A DNA stretch of 63,737 nt, filler included, from Octopus bimaculoides (GCF_001194135.2; 5 parts of 4 records of this genome joined end to end with filler, not necessarily neighbours in it), one strand, 5' to 3'; shown: positions 39,565 through 52,663, counted from the first letter of the whole stretch. A program made the numbers and translations. Notes: a model not told the origin generated them from the sequence alone.

Positions 39565-39790
39565 ATATATATATCCAGTTCTTCATAAGAGACGTCCTAT
39601 TTACCGTTCGGTTTAGAGACTTCATCTTTTCTTGCTATTCTACATGTCTCCTTTTTACTTTACATGTTCGTCTTTCTTGTCTGCTCCTTTATCCCTGAGC
39701 AGCTTATGTTGCTGACATCGCCATATTAAACAATATTATCATAAGGTGTCAAAATTGTGATGATATTTGCTCGATAATACATACATACTA

Positions 39791-39836
39791 TTTTGATATC
39801 TGATGAGAACTAAAAGTTCGAAATGTATACAACAAT
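39791..39836 (+). ncRNA. Candidate minimal hammerhead ribozyme (probably decayed)
   Basis: CTGATGA (39800-06), GAAC/GTTC stem II with TAAAA loop, GAAA (39820-23), then TGTA; stems I and III imperfect. Confidence 0.45.
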
Positions 39837-40068
39837 CAGGCCAACAGAGAGTGTCCTGAGCAGCAGACTATGGACTTTTGACGCCTTTTTCTCTTAAGAG
39901 ACAATTTTTTCTCCACGAAAAACTGCAGTAGAAAGAGTTTTATGAGTTCAAACATCTTTTAAGCATATTCAAACTAGGTTAAAGTTTGTATGTATGTATG
40001 TATGTATGTATGTATGTATGTATGTATGTATGTATGTATGTATGTATTTATGTATGTATGAACATACG

Positions 40069-40129
<61 letters not shown>

Positions 40130-40598
40130 GTTTAACTGTCTGTCTGTCTATTTATCTGTCTGTCTATTTATCTGTCTGTCTGCCTCTATCTGTTTGTCTC
40201 TGTCTGTCTTCTCTCACTTTCTCTCTCTCACGTTTGGCCCTACGGCCTTTTAATGTTGTTTTCACTGTCCAATTTTTCATGTCCTGGTTTGTGTTTGCTA
40301 CCTTGGAATCCTCTGCTTAGTGGGTTAATCCACTACTCAGGAAGAAACTATTCTAAGAGTGCGTCCTGCCTTATCTTCGAAACGCCTAGTTTTAGAATAG
40401 AGGCAGCTGATGAAGGAATAATTCCATAAGTGGCTTATTTGTTTTCCTATGTGTTTGTTCTGTCGTCTGTAAACAAAGTCTGTTTTGTTTTTATGTCCCG
40501 TTCATTTTTCTAACGTCCTGTACCCGGATATGCATCTATATATACATGTAGATGTAGGTATGTACATATATGTATGTATACATGCATATGCTTATTTG

Positions 40599-40742
<144 letters not shown>

Positions 40743-41334
40743 ACTCGAAGTATTACAGACTATCTTTGAGAAAACCTAATACAGGCTAACAAATCTGAAG
40801 CGTGAAGTTGCTGTGGTTAGTAAACACATTATAACCATTCACAAACACTAAAACTCAAATCAATGCAATAAACATTGATGTTGTATCCAATAGACATAGC
40901 CTGAAGTATATATATATATAGTTGTAAGTACAATCAAGTTGATACAACAGCATTTTGCTTCCATTTCCTTATTAAGAAAGAGAAATTCCGAAAAAGAATG
41001 ATTTAAAAATATTACGTTACAGAAAGCCTCTGTTCTTTAATGCAAACTGAAAATGAGCCAGCATTGAGTAATGATGACGAGATCAGGTGAAGTGAGCGTG
41101 TGAGGATAGCGTATGCTTGTTGGTATATTTAGTGCACTTGATATTGGGATGCAGCGATGAATTGGATGCAATGTTACAATATACAAATGGCCGTACTTTA
41201 ATGAGTCACCATTAACGTCAGTGTAATTAATTTTCTATATATTACATTTGACATGGGCACTGGAAAACACCTGCCGTACAAAAGCCTCACCTAGAATATA
41301 ATACACACTCACATACACACAGAGTCACACACAT

Positions 41335-41371
<37 letters not shown>

Positions 41372-41461
41372 TGAATGTATGTAGATTTGCCTCACTTTTA
41401 GACAATTTCTGTCTTCTAGAACTGGTATATATTTTTACCTGTGTTGCATATGTACGTACAT

Positions 41462-41518
<57 letters not shown>

Positions 41519-42287
41519 NNNNNNNNNNNNNNNNNNNNNNNNNNNNNNNNNNNNNNNNNNNNNNNNNNNNNNNNNNNNNNNNNNNNNNNNNNNNNNNNNN
41601 NNNNNNNNNNNNNNNNNNNNNNNNNNNNNNNNNNNNNNNNNNNNNNNNNNNNNNNNNNNNNNNNNNNNNNNNNNNNNNNNNNNNNNNNNNNNNNNNNNNN
41701 NNNNNNNNNNNNNNNNNNNNNNNNNNNNNNNNNNNNNNNNNNNNNNNNNNNNNNNNNNNNNNNNNNNNNNNNNNNNNNNNNNNNNNNNNNNNNNNNNNNN
41801 NNNNNNNNNNNNNNNNNNNNNNNNNNNNNNNNNNNNNNNNNNNNNNNNNNNNNNNNNNNNNNNNNNNNNNNNNNNNNNNNNNNNNNNNNNNNNNNNNNNN
41901 NNNNNNNNNNNNNNNNNNNNNNNNNNNNNNNNNNNNNNNNNNNNNNNNNNNNNNNNNNNNNNNNNNNNNNNNNNNNNNNNNNNNNNNNNNNNNNNNNNNN
42001 NNNNNNNNNNNNNNNNNNNNNNNNNNNNNNNNNNNNNNNNNNNNNNNNNNNNNNNNNNNNNNNNNNNNNNNNNNNNNNNNNCTATTCAATTTTTTTTCTC
42101 CGTGTTTTTCTCCTTGTCTCCGTATTCTTTCTGTTGAAGAGCGTAGCTCGAAACGTCAAAGACTTTCCGTATTCCCGAGCGTCATACTAATATATACTTT
42201 TGTTATTTACACCACCTGTCCTCGTCTGTTGTTATTATTTGTATATTCTCCCATATATATATATATATATATGCATAGCTATCTATT

Positions 42288-42325
<38 letters not shown>

Positions 42326-42336
42326 TCTACCTGTCA

Positions 42337-42399
<63 letters not shown>

Positions 42400-42409
42400 C
42401 ATCTATCTT

Positions 42410-42730
42410 TTACCTCTTTTGCTGGGGCATCGCCGTCAATGCTTTACTCAAACAAATCGACCTCATTACTTATATTTCTTTGTATGTGTAATAATTTTTT
42501 TATCGGCTTCTTTTACCGAACCGCGAGGTAACGGGATCGTAAACAAACCAACAGCAGTTGTCAAGAAGTAGGAGGGGGAGCAAACACGAATACATACACA
42601 TATCTTAATATTGGTCTTCCACACAGCTTTTGTCTACGAAAGTTCCCTAACAATCCCGCGCAGTGGGACTGAACACGAAACTATTTGGTTTCAAAGCGAT
42701 CTTCTTAGCCACACAGCCATGCCTGCACCT
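42410..42730 (-). mobile_element. Degenerate SINE family A copy
   Basis: Reverse complement of both halves of family A. Confidence 0.7.
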
Positions 42731-43055
42731 ATGCACACAGCTATTACATACACACACACGCGCGTACATACATACACACGCGCTCACGCGCATACACACA
42801 CACGCACACATACACACATACATACATACCCGCACACACATACGTTCACACACACGCGCACACACATATACATACAGACACGCACGCACACACGCGCGCG
42901 CACAAGCGCACACACACATGTGCACACATACACACACATGCACACGCACACATACACGCACATACATACATACATGCGCACACACATACACACACATGCA
43001 TGCGCACGCACACACACACGCGCACACACATACACACACATGCATGCGCACACAC

Positions 43056-43155
43056 NNNNNNNNNNNNNNNNNNNNNNNNNNNNNNNNNNNNNNNNNNNNT
43101 TAATTAATTAANNNNNNNNNNNNNNNNNNNNNNNNNNNNNNNNNNNNNNNNNNNN
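43056..43155. other. Artificial scaffold join (44N-TTAATTAATTAA-44N)
   Basis: Identical cassette to 14071-14170. Confidence 0.95.
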
Positions 43156-43759
43156 CCACCACAACCACCGCCACCACCACTAACTACAACTCTGTCACTT
43201 CTACAACCACTGCCGCCACCAGAGGGACTGCTAAGAAACTAAACTAGTACAAATTACGTTAAAGTCACCAAAAACAATGTAACTGATTTGTGCTATTCTA
43301 TTCATAAAAAACCTGCTCCGTACCCCATCCTTACCCTTCTCTCCGCACCCCGTTCTATTGTCCTTTCTTACACATCTATTGTTGTTTCTCACACGTCCAC
43401 ACATACATTTGCCCCAAAACCGAGAAATGAAAGAATTTTCTAAGAAAGAGCGAAACAAACTCACGCGCATCCTTCAAAATCCAATATATTAAACAGCACA
43501 ATGAAAATTTGTGAGACATTCCAAAGATTCCCCATCTGAGAATTTTTTTTTGTAAAGGAATGTTTGTACACTCTTGGACGTGAGCATCTACGTAGTTTAA
43601 GTCTCGTATTTATCATATTGGTCTCTTTCGCTGTGTCTCCATGTTATGGGGACACAAACAAACTAACAACGGTTGCCAAGCGGTGTGGGTAGACAAACAA
43701 AGATGCACACACACATACGTTTGCATACATGCATACATACAGACATACATACATACATA

Positions 43760-44249
43760 TGTCCTGCGGATGTCAACATCATACTAAAGATTAGAGAAAA
43801 AGAGAACAACTACGCCGAGCTACTGAGAAATTTGCAGATACTCCACCCAGACTACAAGTTCAGATTCATACCCGTGATTGTTGGGGCAATGGGATACGTA
43901 AAGAACTACCTGGAAAAATTAGGGTTCTCAAAACCTGAAAGAAAAAGGCTGATTAGAAGACTACAGATTCAAGCCATCAATGGAACTGTAAAGATATGTA
44001 AAACTTTCCAAAAATTTAGCACATAAATACATATGCATGCATCTCGGCATGAAAATATATACATAAAAACGCATCCATAAAACAAACATACAAATCTGCG
44101 CATACACTAACACCAAATACTGCACACGCACACACACATATGCACAAATACCTAGATGATGTTGATAAAAGTTCCAATGAAGGAGCCTTGAATCTATGTC
44201 CGGCTCTTTCTCTTTTGACAAGAAATACAGAAATGAAACTGATTGATAA
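43760..44249 (+). mobile_element. 5'-truncated RLE-type non-LTR retrotransposon (R4/Dong-like): ORF C-terminus plus 3' UTR, inside (CATA)n
   Basis: Frame 43760-44026 CPADVNIILKIREKENNYAELLRNLQILHPDYKFRFIPVIVGAMGYV...LQIQAINGTVKICKTF resembles the restriction-like endonuclease C-terminus; CATA repeats on both sides. Confidence 0.75.
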
Positions 44250-44267
44250 CATACATACATACATACA

Positions 44268-44298
<31 letters not shown>

Positions 44299-44759
44299 CA
44301 AGTTGAGAGAGTGGAACAGGTAATACAGACTACATACGTTTCCTAGCTAGCAGATCCTCGGAAGTAATAATTACACAACGAGGGGTGCTCAGTTAGCTAG
44401 TCATCAGGCCGAAGATACCATAATTATATGACGATGACAATGTCGTTAAGGAATTCCAAGTTAACTTGCCGGAGGTACAGTTTTTCCTGCTCCACTCCCT
44501 CAATTTGGATTTTTATTCGCATTCTTAGCAACTCTAGTTGTTAACCGTGAACTACAAAAAAAAAAAAACAACAAAAAACAAAAATAACGAAACCTTTATT
44601 CAGCTTATCGAACTTCGATAAGAGAAAATCCTACAACATTCGACATCAATAAATTACTATTGTTTCTGAAAGTTATTTCTTATACCTAGCAGGGACTGCT
44701 CGAAGCTTACTAACTACCTACATTTAGGTCCTTGGATTTTACAATTACATATCAATAAT

Positions 44760-44826
44760 CTATCTATCTATCTATCTATCTATCAATAATCTATCTATCT
44801 ATCAATAATATATCTATCTATCAATA

Positions 44827-44886
<60 letters not shown>
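44760..44886. repeat. (TCTA)n microsatellite
   Basis: Direct reading. Confidence 0.95.
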
Positions 44887-44887
<1 letters not shown>

Positions 44888-45199
44888 AATGACTGAAACA
44901 AGTAAAAGAGTAAAAAGAGAGAGAGGAAAGAGTGAAATCATAAATCCAGCTGAGTCAATGAATCCCAAAATATATGAAATAGAAAAATATGTAAAAATAT
45001 TAGCAAAAAAAAAAAAAAGCACAGAAAAATACTAACACACAGAAGCACAAAAAATATGTCATATACTAATAGACAGAAAAATTGAAACAAAAAACGCGGG
45101 TGAAAAGAAAAAAGTATCTCGTGATGTGAAGAATTACGTGTAAAAGATCAACATAGACAACAGCGGCACAGACAACAGTAAACCACAACACAGCGTGTG

Positions 45200-45213
45200 G
45201 TTGTCATGGTAAC
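45200..45213. promoter_or_regulatory. RFX X-box motif
   Basis: GTTGTCATGGTAAC fits GTHNYY-AT-RRNAAC exactly; lies in non-repeat sequence. Confidence 0.35.
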
Positions 45214-45710
45214 AAGCTGCTAATGTCACGCTGTCTGTTGCAATCTGAGCAAAAATAAGGGGGGCTCATTTTGCGAATGAGAAAGACTAAGATATAAAAA
45301 AAATTAATAGTCTGAGTTCTTTTCACACCGATTTTTGCTCTAACTGTTTTCAATGAAGGTCACTCAATGCTTTTTTTCCCAGTTTACATAAGTTTGAGAA
45401 TGGTAACAAAGCATTTCGAAAACTGACGAAGATCGTTCCTGTATAAAAGTGGCTTCGTGTTTAGGCTGTTAAGCTGACGATCGTAGAGTCAGTCATGAGT
45501 TCAATTCCCGGATGAGAGACACATAGTGTCTTTAAGTAGCTGATACAGACTACTAGGCGAGTGCTGGTTCATACCTCCATGTTCTCGATGTTCCGCTGCA
45601 TTAAGACTGGAAAGCTGGAAGGGGTGTTTATATCTGCTTTGGACTGTATCTAAAAAATGAATGGTATATGTTACCAATATTTACTCGCTTGTGAGTTATG
45701 GTTGTAGAAT

Positions 45711-45741
<31 letters not shown>

Positions 45742-46045
45742 ACACACACATACACACACACAAAGACAGGGTTTCTAGAAACTTTTTTTTTTATTAAAAG
45801 AATGCGTGTTTGTCTTGAATTGTGATTTGGTTCAGTTAGTTCACATATTTTAAATTACATCGCTTTGTACTTAGTATACGGGCCATTTTAGCTGATCCCT
45901 GCTTTATGATGCATTACAGATGTTTGTGTGCGTTACATACATACATACATACAAACAAAAATACCCTGTTGATCAGACTCTTTCTCTATTGGCAAGAAAT
46001 CTTGAAATAAAAACTCAATAATGATATACATACTTATATACATAC

Positions 46046-46076
<31 letters not shown>

Positions 46077-46727
46077 TGTATGTATGTATGTATGTATGTA
46101 TGCATGCATGTATGTATTTATATATGTAAGTATATATAATAAAAGCGTAGACTATTGGCGATTTTCCCCTCCTTCCTTTTGTTTTGAACTTTCCCATGTC
46201 TCCTATTTCCGAAGAAGAGCTTTACTCGAAATATAAAATAACCACTCTGTCTTTCCTTCTCTGGGCGTCTTATTAATACTTTACATGTAACACGTCCTCG
46301 CGTTGTTGATTTTTCTTGTCTTTCTTCCCCGTTTTTTTAAAATTAGCTATATATATATATGTATATACATATATATATACACACGCACATATAGACATAC
46401 ATTCATGCATACATACATACATACATACATACATACATACATACGTGCATACATACATGTGTGTGTGCGCGCGCACGCACACGTGCATTTGTGTATGTGT
46501 TAGAAAGTTTAGTTGTAAACAAATATAAGACTATAATAGCATTTCTTGTACACTAACGATGTGCGGAAAAAAAAAACTGGCGTGTGAAAGAAAGTCTCCT
46601 TACGGACCATTCTGTAATTTGTTGATCGCTCTTCAAAAAAGATGTACTCGATTTCCTTTCCTATTCAAGACCAAAAAATATTTTGCAGAAATATAAAGCA
46701 ATTGTGGGTAGCTTAATTCACATACAT

Positions 46728-47078
46728 GTGGAGGCGCAATGGCCCAGTGGTTNNNNNNNNNNNNNNNNNNNNNNNNNNNNNNNNNNNNNNNNNNNNNNNN
46801 NNNNNNNNNNNNNNNNNNNNNNNNNNNNNNNNNNNNNNNNNNNNNNNNNNNNNNNNNNNNNNNNNNNNNNNNNNNNNNNNNNNNNNNNNNNNNNNNNNNN
46901 NNNNNNNNNNNNNNNNNNNNNNNNNNNNNNNNNNNNNNNNNNNNNNNNNNNNNNNNNNNNNNNNNNNNNNNNNNNNNNNNNNNNNNNNNNNNNNNNNNNN
47001 NNNNNNNNNNNNNNNNNNNNNNNTGATCGGGTCAACTGGAACCCTCGACGTCGTAAGCGACGGAGTGCCAACAACAAC
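46728..47078 (+). mobile_element. SINE family C copy (middle in gap) with 11 bp target-site duplication
   Basis: AATTCACATAC at 46715-46725 and 47079-47089; head GTGGAGGCGCAATGGCCCAGTGG. Confidence 0.9.
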
Positions 47079-47183
47079 AATTCACATACTTATTCTTCTG
47101 AGGGCAGGTCATTAATTAAACAATGTTATATACAACACAGCGTGAATCAGAAGGACTTACATGAATTATAAGCATATATATAG

Positions 47184-47221
<38 letters not shown>

Positions 47222-47582
47222 AGACATACGTACGTGTGTATTTATGTATACAGTCTGTAATATAAAATGTTAATCTGTATTTTGTTGCCCGCATTTCAAT
47301 TCATCGTAAATCATAGTCATTCATTTCAATGGTGTGCGTTATGTGATATATGATACGTTGCACTAGAATTCTGAAAATTCCCGGGTACTTGTAGAATAAT
47401 GTACAAGGGTACTAATGTGACAAAGTGATGGTGTGAAGCGTGGCCTTAATAGGGGTGGGCGTAACCGCTTAATACTTTCTTTCATTTTTTTTTGTCCCCT
47501 CCATATTATTAAAGGAACGATCGAATTTGGTGAAACGTGACTGATTTGGATTATGGCCTTCGTATACATTCAGAGAAATATT

Positions 47583-47790
47583 TTCTTTTATTTGTTTCAG
47601 TCACTGGGCTGTGGCCATGCTGGAGCATCGCCTTGAAGGGTTTAGTTGAAGAAACCGACCCCAGTACTTATTTTTAAGTATAGTACGTATCTTATCAATC
47701 TTGATTGGCGAACTGCTAGGCTATGGCATTGTAAATAAATCAACACTGGTTGTCAAGTGGTCGTGGGTATAAACACAGACACACACACAT
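47583..47790 (-). mobile_element. SINE family A 3' half
   Basis: TTTGTTTCAGTCA...GGCCATGCTGGAGCATCGCC is the reverse complement of the family A tail. Confidence 0.7.
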
Positions 47791-47808
47791 GCATGCACAC
47801 TCACACAC

Positions 47809-47809
<1 letters not shown>

Positions 47810-47875
<66 letters not shown>

Positions 47876-47963
47876 CAAACAAACGATAGATAGGTAAATG
47901 TACAGATAAATAGTTAGACAGACATACATATAGGTAGATAGATATACAAATTGACAGACTGGC

Positions 47964-48013
<50 letters not shown>
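47810..48013. repeat. (GATA)n microsatellite, interrupted
   Basis: Direct reading. Confidence 0.95.
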
Positions 48014-48014
<1 letters not shown>

Positions 48015-48202
48015 AAAGAAGAATTCTGAATATTAAATCATTTTCTATTATCTCGAAACTAGTTGAAGCTGACATTTGAAAGCTCTAAATTGCTGTGATA
48101 TTCACATTCTCGTAGAAGATTTGTGGGAGGCAAACTTCTTCACCACACAACCACGCCTGCGCCTGTATTTGGAAAGTTTCATTGAAAAATATGTATTTTT
48201 CA

Positions 48203-48568
48203 GAGTGGCTGTGTGGTAAGTAGCTTGTTTACCAGCCACATGGTTCCGGGTTCAGTCCTACTGCGTGGCACCTTGGGCAAGTGTCTTTCTTCTACTATAG
48301 CCTCGGGCCGACCAAAGCCTTGTGAGTGGATTTGGAAGACGGAAACTGAAAGAAGCCCGTCATACATATATGTGTGTGTGTGTGTATGTTTGTGTGTCTT
48401 TGTTTGTCCCCCCAACATCGCTTGACAACCGATGCTGGTGTGTTTACGTCCCCGTAACTTAGCGGTTCGGCAAAAAAGACCGATAGAATAAGTACTAGGC
48501 TTACAAAGAATAAGTCCTAGGGTCGATTTGCTCGAGTAAAGGCGGTGCTCCAGTATGGCCACAGTCAC
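48203..48568 (+). mobile_element. SINE family A copy, little diverged, ending at gap
   Basis: Closely similar to 467-860. Confidence 0.9.
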
Positions 48569-48830
48569 NNNNNNNNNNNNNNNNNNNNNNNNNNNNNNNN
48601 NNNNNNNNNNNNNNNNNNNNNNNNNNNNNNNNNNNNNNNNNNNNNNNNNNNNNNNNNNNNNNNNNNNNNNNNNNNNNNNNNNNNNNNNNNNNNNNNNNNN
48701 NNNNNNNNNNNNNNNNNNNNNNNNNNNNNNNNNNNNNNNNNNNNNNNNNNNNNNNNNNNNNNNNNNNNNNNNNNNNNNNNNNNNNNNNNNNNNNNNNNNN
48801 NNNNNNNNNNNNNNNNNNNNNNNNNNNNNN

Positions 48831-49143
48831 TTCCAGGTTCAGTCCTGCTGTCGTCTACAATAGCCACAGGCCGACCAAAGCCTTGTGAGAGGATTTGGTA
48901 GACGGAAACTGAAAGAAGCTCATCCTCTGTGTGTGTGTGTGTGCGTGCGTGTGTGTGTTTGCCCACCGCCAAGGCTTTACAACCAGTGCTGGTTTGTTTA
49001 TGTACCCGTGACTTAGCAGTTCGGGCTAAACAGAATAAGTCCCAGGCTTCAAAAAAAAAAAAAAAATTACTGTGGTCGATTCCTTCGACTAAGCCTGTGC
49101 CCCAGCATGATCGCAGTCGAATGGTTGAAACAAAGGATAAAAT
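48831..49143 (+). mobile_element. SINE family A copy, degenerate
   Basis: Both halves recognisable after the gap. Confidence 0.75.
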
Positions 49144-49869
49144 ACAGTAACGAAAAACGCGTGACTGTGGTGTGTACCCATGTCTCAATTTCTGTTTTGT
49201 TTGTTTGTTTTTTTTATACATTCAATATCTACTGATAAAACGTTTATTATTAGCTAACCTTCAAGTTTCTGTCAGTAAAAACTTACTTGCTTATTTCTTG
49301 TAATAACGCATGCAAATTTTATTCTTTTCTCATAATAAACATATTACAGACGAATCAGTAGTGTACTACGCAGCCAGTGTAGTTCATTAACCTGATTGGT
49401 GCGTTGGGTGGCTTTGTGAACGATATAGTAAAGTAGTGTGAAGTCAGATTAAATGTGACTGAATGCATGCTCAAGAGCGAATTTAATTAACATTTCGGTA
49501 GTATTGGAGATTAGCGGACCAAATTACATAATGTTTTCATAATTGAATATTTTCGTTCTTTAAATATTTCCGTTATTATTAAATACTTAAAGGCAGCAAG
49601 CGGGCAGAAACATTAAGCACCAGTTTAGCACCCGAGTCAACGATATTGACTTACTACATCCCTAAAATTTGCTGGCCTTGTGTCCATGCCCATCGCCTAT
49701 ACCCGACACTGCCTCCTCACTATTCAATGGTACACTCTCAGATTTACAGTGATACACGTTAGAATTATTAAAAATTAGTGCCCACCCAGAACATTCTGAA
49801 GACCTCAAAGTCTGGCGACGGGCCAGCTTGTGCCAGAATTTGAAACCATTACTATTGGTTACTTTAGGG

Positions 49870-50075
49870 CAGCGAGCTAGCAGAATCATTAGCGCGCCAG
49901 ACAAAATGCCCAGCGGCATTTCTTCCGGCTCTTAACGTTCTGATTTCAAATTCTGCTGAGGTCGATTTTGGTTACTGGTACTTACGTACCAGTTGAGCAT
50001 TGGGGCTGATGCAATCGACCAACCCCCTCGCCCAAAATTTCAGGCCTTGTGTCTACAGTAGAAAGGATTATTAAT
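49870..50075 (+). mobile_element. SINE family B copy
   Basis: GCGAGCTAGCAGAATCATTAGCGCGCC...CAAAATTTCAGGCCTTGTG. Confidence 0.8.
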
Positions 50076-50700
50076 CAATACTTCCCGTCTCTAAATGTGG
50101 CTGTATATATATAGTTGCTGGCTGTGTAGTCAAGATCCACTGCATGACACCCTAAGCAAGTATCTTCTATAGCCCCAGGCTGACCAATGTGTGTGTGTGT
50201 GTGTGTGTGGCTTAGATGCTAGAGTATTGTATTCAAAAATGAGTAATCATGCGATGGACCGACATTCCGCTCAGGGGGGAAATTATGTACGTCCAGAACT
50301 CGGGAAATCAGCCTTATGAACCTATGGCTCGGAAAGGACCTTTGATCCTTTTTGATGTGTGCGTGTGTCTTTGAATCTATAATGACTGAAACAAGTAAAA
50401 GAAAACAAGATTAGAAGGTAACATGTATATGAACTTTCTATCGTGGGCCACTGTAAAAAATTTTCAAACCTGCCTACCATCATACACACACACACACACA
50501 CACACACAAAGTATAGAGTTCTTTTAGATTCATACCAATATAAAACTTGAAGTAGTTGAAGGGTGCATGAAGAGAACTATTTGATAATTATTTGAAAGAA
50601 TTTGAGTGGAAATGGCACAGTGACACATTTGAGAAGCACGGTGGTGGTGGAACATTTAATCTTTCTTGTTGATACATGTAAACTATATATTCATTTATGC

Positions 50701-51329
50701 CAGTGGTCCTCAACCATTTTGCACCTTAGGACACCTTTGATTTCTATTTCACTCAGATGAACCCTCCTAGCCATTTGATGTTTAAAAAAATCCTTTTGTA
50801 TTTTCATAATTAAATATCATTGTATAAAAAATTTGTTAAAATATTTTGTGTATTGTAGAAGTTGTTGGCACTCCGTCGCTTACGACGTCGAGGGTTCCAG
50901 TTGATCCGATCAACGGAACAGCCTGCTCGTGAAATTAACGTGCAAGTGGCTGAGCACTCCACAGACACGTGTACCATAACGTAGTTCTCGGGGATATTCA
51001 GCGTGACACACAGTGTGACAAGGCCGACCATTTGAATTACAGGCACAACAGAAACAGGAAGAGAAAGTTGTGGTGAAAGAGTACAGCAGGGTTCGCCACC
51101 ATCCCCTGCCGGAGCGTCGTGGAGCTTTAGGTGTTTTCGCTCAATAAACACTCACAACGCCCGGTCTGGGAATCGAAACCGCGATCCTATGACCGCGATT
51201 GCGCTGCCCTAACCACTGGCCATTGCGCCTCCACAGTAGAAATATAACCAATTTTATTACACATAAATTTTAACGACAAATCTCATGTGGACCCCCAAGG
51301 GTCATATGAACCATAGATGAGAACAGCTG
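50701..51329. mobile_element. hAT (Charlie-like) MITE interrupted by a SINE
   Basis: Left end CAGTGGTCCTCAACC, right end GATGAGAACAGCTG (degenerate inverse); 8 bp target duplication not preserved. Confidence 0.45.
50861..51234 (-). mobile_element. Full-length SINE family C copy (tRNA-like head with A and B boxes)
   Basis: Minus head GTGGAGGCGCAATGGCCAGTGGTTAGG...GGTTTCGATTCCC; GTAGAA on both flanks. Confidence 0.9.
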
Positions 51330-51902
51330 GTTTCTATCTTTTATTTGCTGTTCCTAAAATTTTTTTTCTTAGATTAGATAGGATATATTTTATTTTCGTA
51401 TATATTATATATAAACATGTACATCTTTTAGAAAATTGTCATTTTATAAGGTTTTGCAGGCAAATTTTTAAAATTAACTTAAACATTTATTTACATGAAA
51501 GAAAATCACCAGAGGACCCTCACCCAACTCTTCCAAATCCTTCTGTCAAAACTGTATTGAAACCATTTGTGGGGAATTAAAAAAAATATATATATAATAT
51601 CTGTTGTGTCTGGGGAGAGTCATTTTCTTGTGCCTTAAAATTTAACACACACACCGGCAAAATTTCCACTTATTTCTTATGTTTATTTTCCTAAAATTTT
51701 CGTTGCGTCTTGCAACCTTTTCAATAGTCTTGACTCTATAATCTCTATTTTTCCATAATATAAGACTATTCTATTTAATATCCAACCATTTGCTAATTCC
51801 ATATATATTAATCATTATAAAACTGGCATAAATAATCGATTCTTGAAATGTCGATATTTTAAATATAACAAAAATATTGTAAAAACAGAAACAGAAGTAC
51901 AT

Positions 51903-52392
51903 GTATCTTCGTTTATCACGGGGGGGGGGAGGGGTTGATTAAAAATAAAAATACAAAAAGGTGATAAATGAATAGAGATTCATTGACATTAAATACTCGG
52001 TCCACAGCAGCAAAACTACCACCATCACGTGTTTTCTTCATCATCTTTACCTTTTCCTGTTGAGAATGCACTCGTTTGCGTCTTTTATTAGGATCAGGCG
52101 CCTTCATATTTTTTTCTATTCACTGGTCCCATGTTGATGGGTGCGAGTATATGAATTCGTATAATACGCAGCTTCGCAACCGGGTTATGTAAACACAAGA
52201 GATAGTCAGTGCATTCTTAGTAGCTGAACGAGTATTGTGGGTGGTCACTGCGGTACGCTTTTACAGTACAAGCAGGATCTTCGACTGACTGCTGCTGACC
52301 CATACCATCACAAATCGACCCCATGGTAAGCGTATCAAGGTTCAGAATTGGGCGTAAATGTTTTCTTGGATCACTGATAAACGAGGTTATAT
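51903..52392 (-). mobile_element. Internally deleted Tigger/pogo-like DNA transposon retaining the transposase N-terminus
   Basis: Minus frame 52107-51976 MKAPDPNKRRKRVHSQQEKVKMMKKTRDGGSFAAVDRVFNVNES resembles the CENP-B/pogo N-terminal HTH; TCGTTTATCA inverted core at both ends. Confidence 0.6.
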
Positions 52393-52663
52393 ATATATAG
52401 ATATGAAACTTGTAATCCTGGATCGGTGATAAACAAGGTTATATATATAGATATGAAACTTGTAATCAGTTTGGTACTCTAATATCCACTATCGCTAACA
52501 ATTTTGAATGATTTGTTTTAGATATTTTATTGACGAATTTGAATTGTTTAATACAAAACCGATTATTTATTTTAGCAATTCATCGAACCGGTCATAAAAA
52601 TTTTTTACCAGCTCACTCTTGAGTAGAGGTGATTGCTTGGTAGTCATAGTGAAGCTATGTATA

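Noticed and set aside
40365-40425. CTTCGAAACGC followed by CTGATGAAGGAATAATTCC
   Set aside because: Hammerhead-like pieces, but no GAAA follows the stem and the parts do not assemble into a complete core.
44370-44540. Possible Tc1/mariner remnant (ACGAGGGGTG start, LHSLNLDFY segment)
   Set aside because: No matching second TIR and only a very weak motif resemblance.
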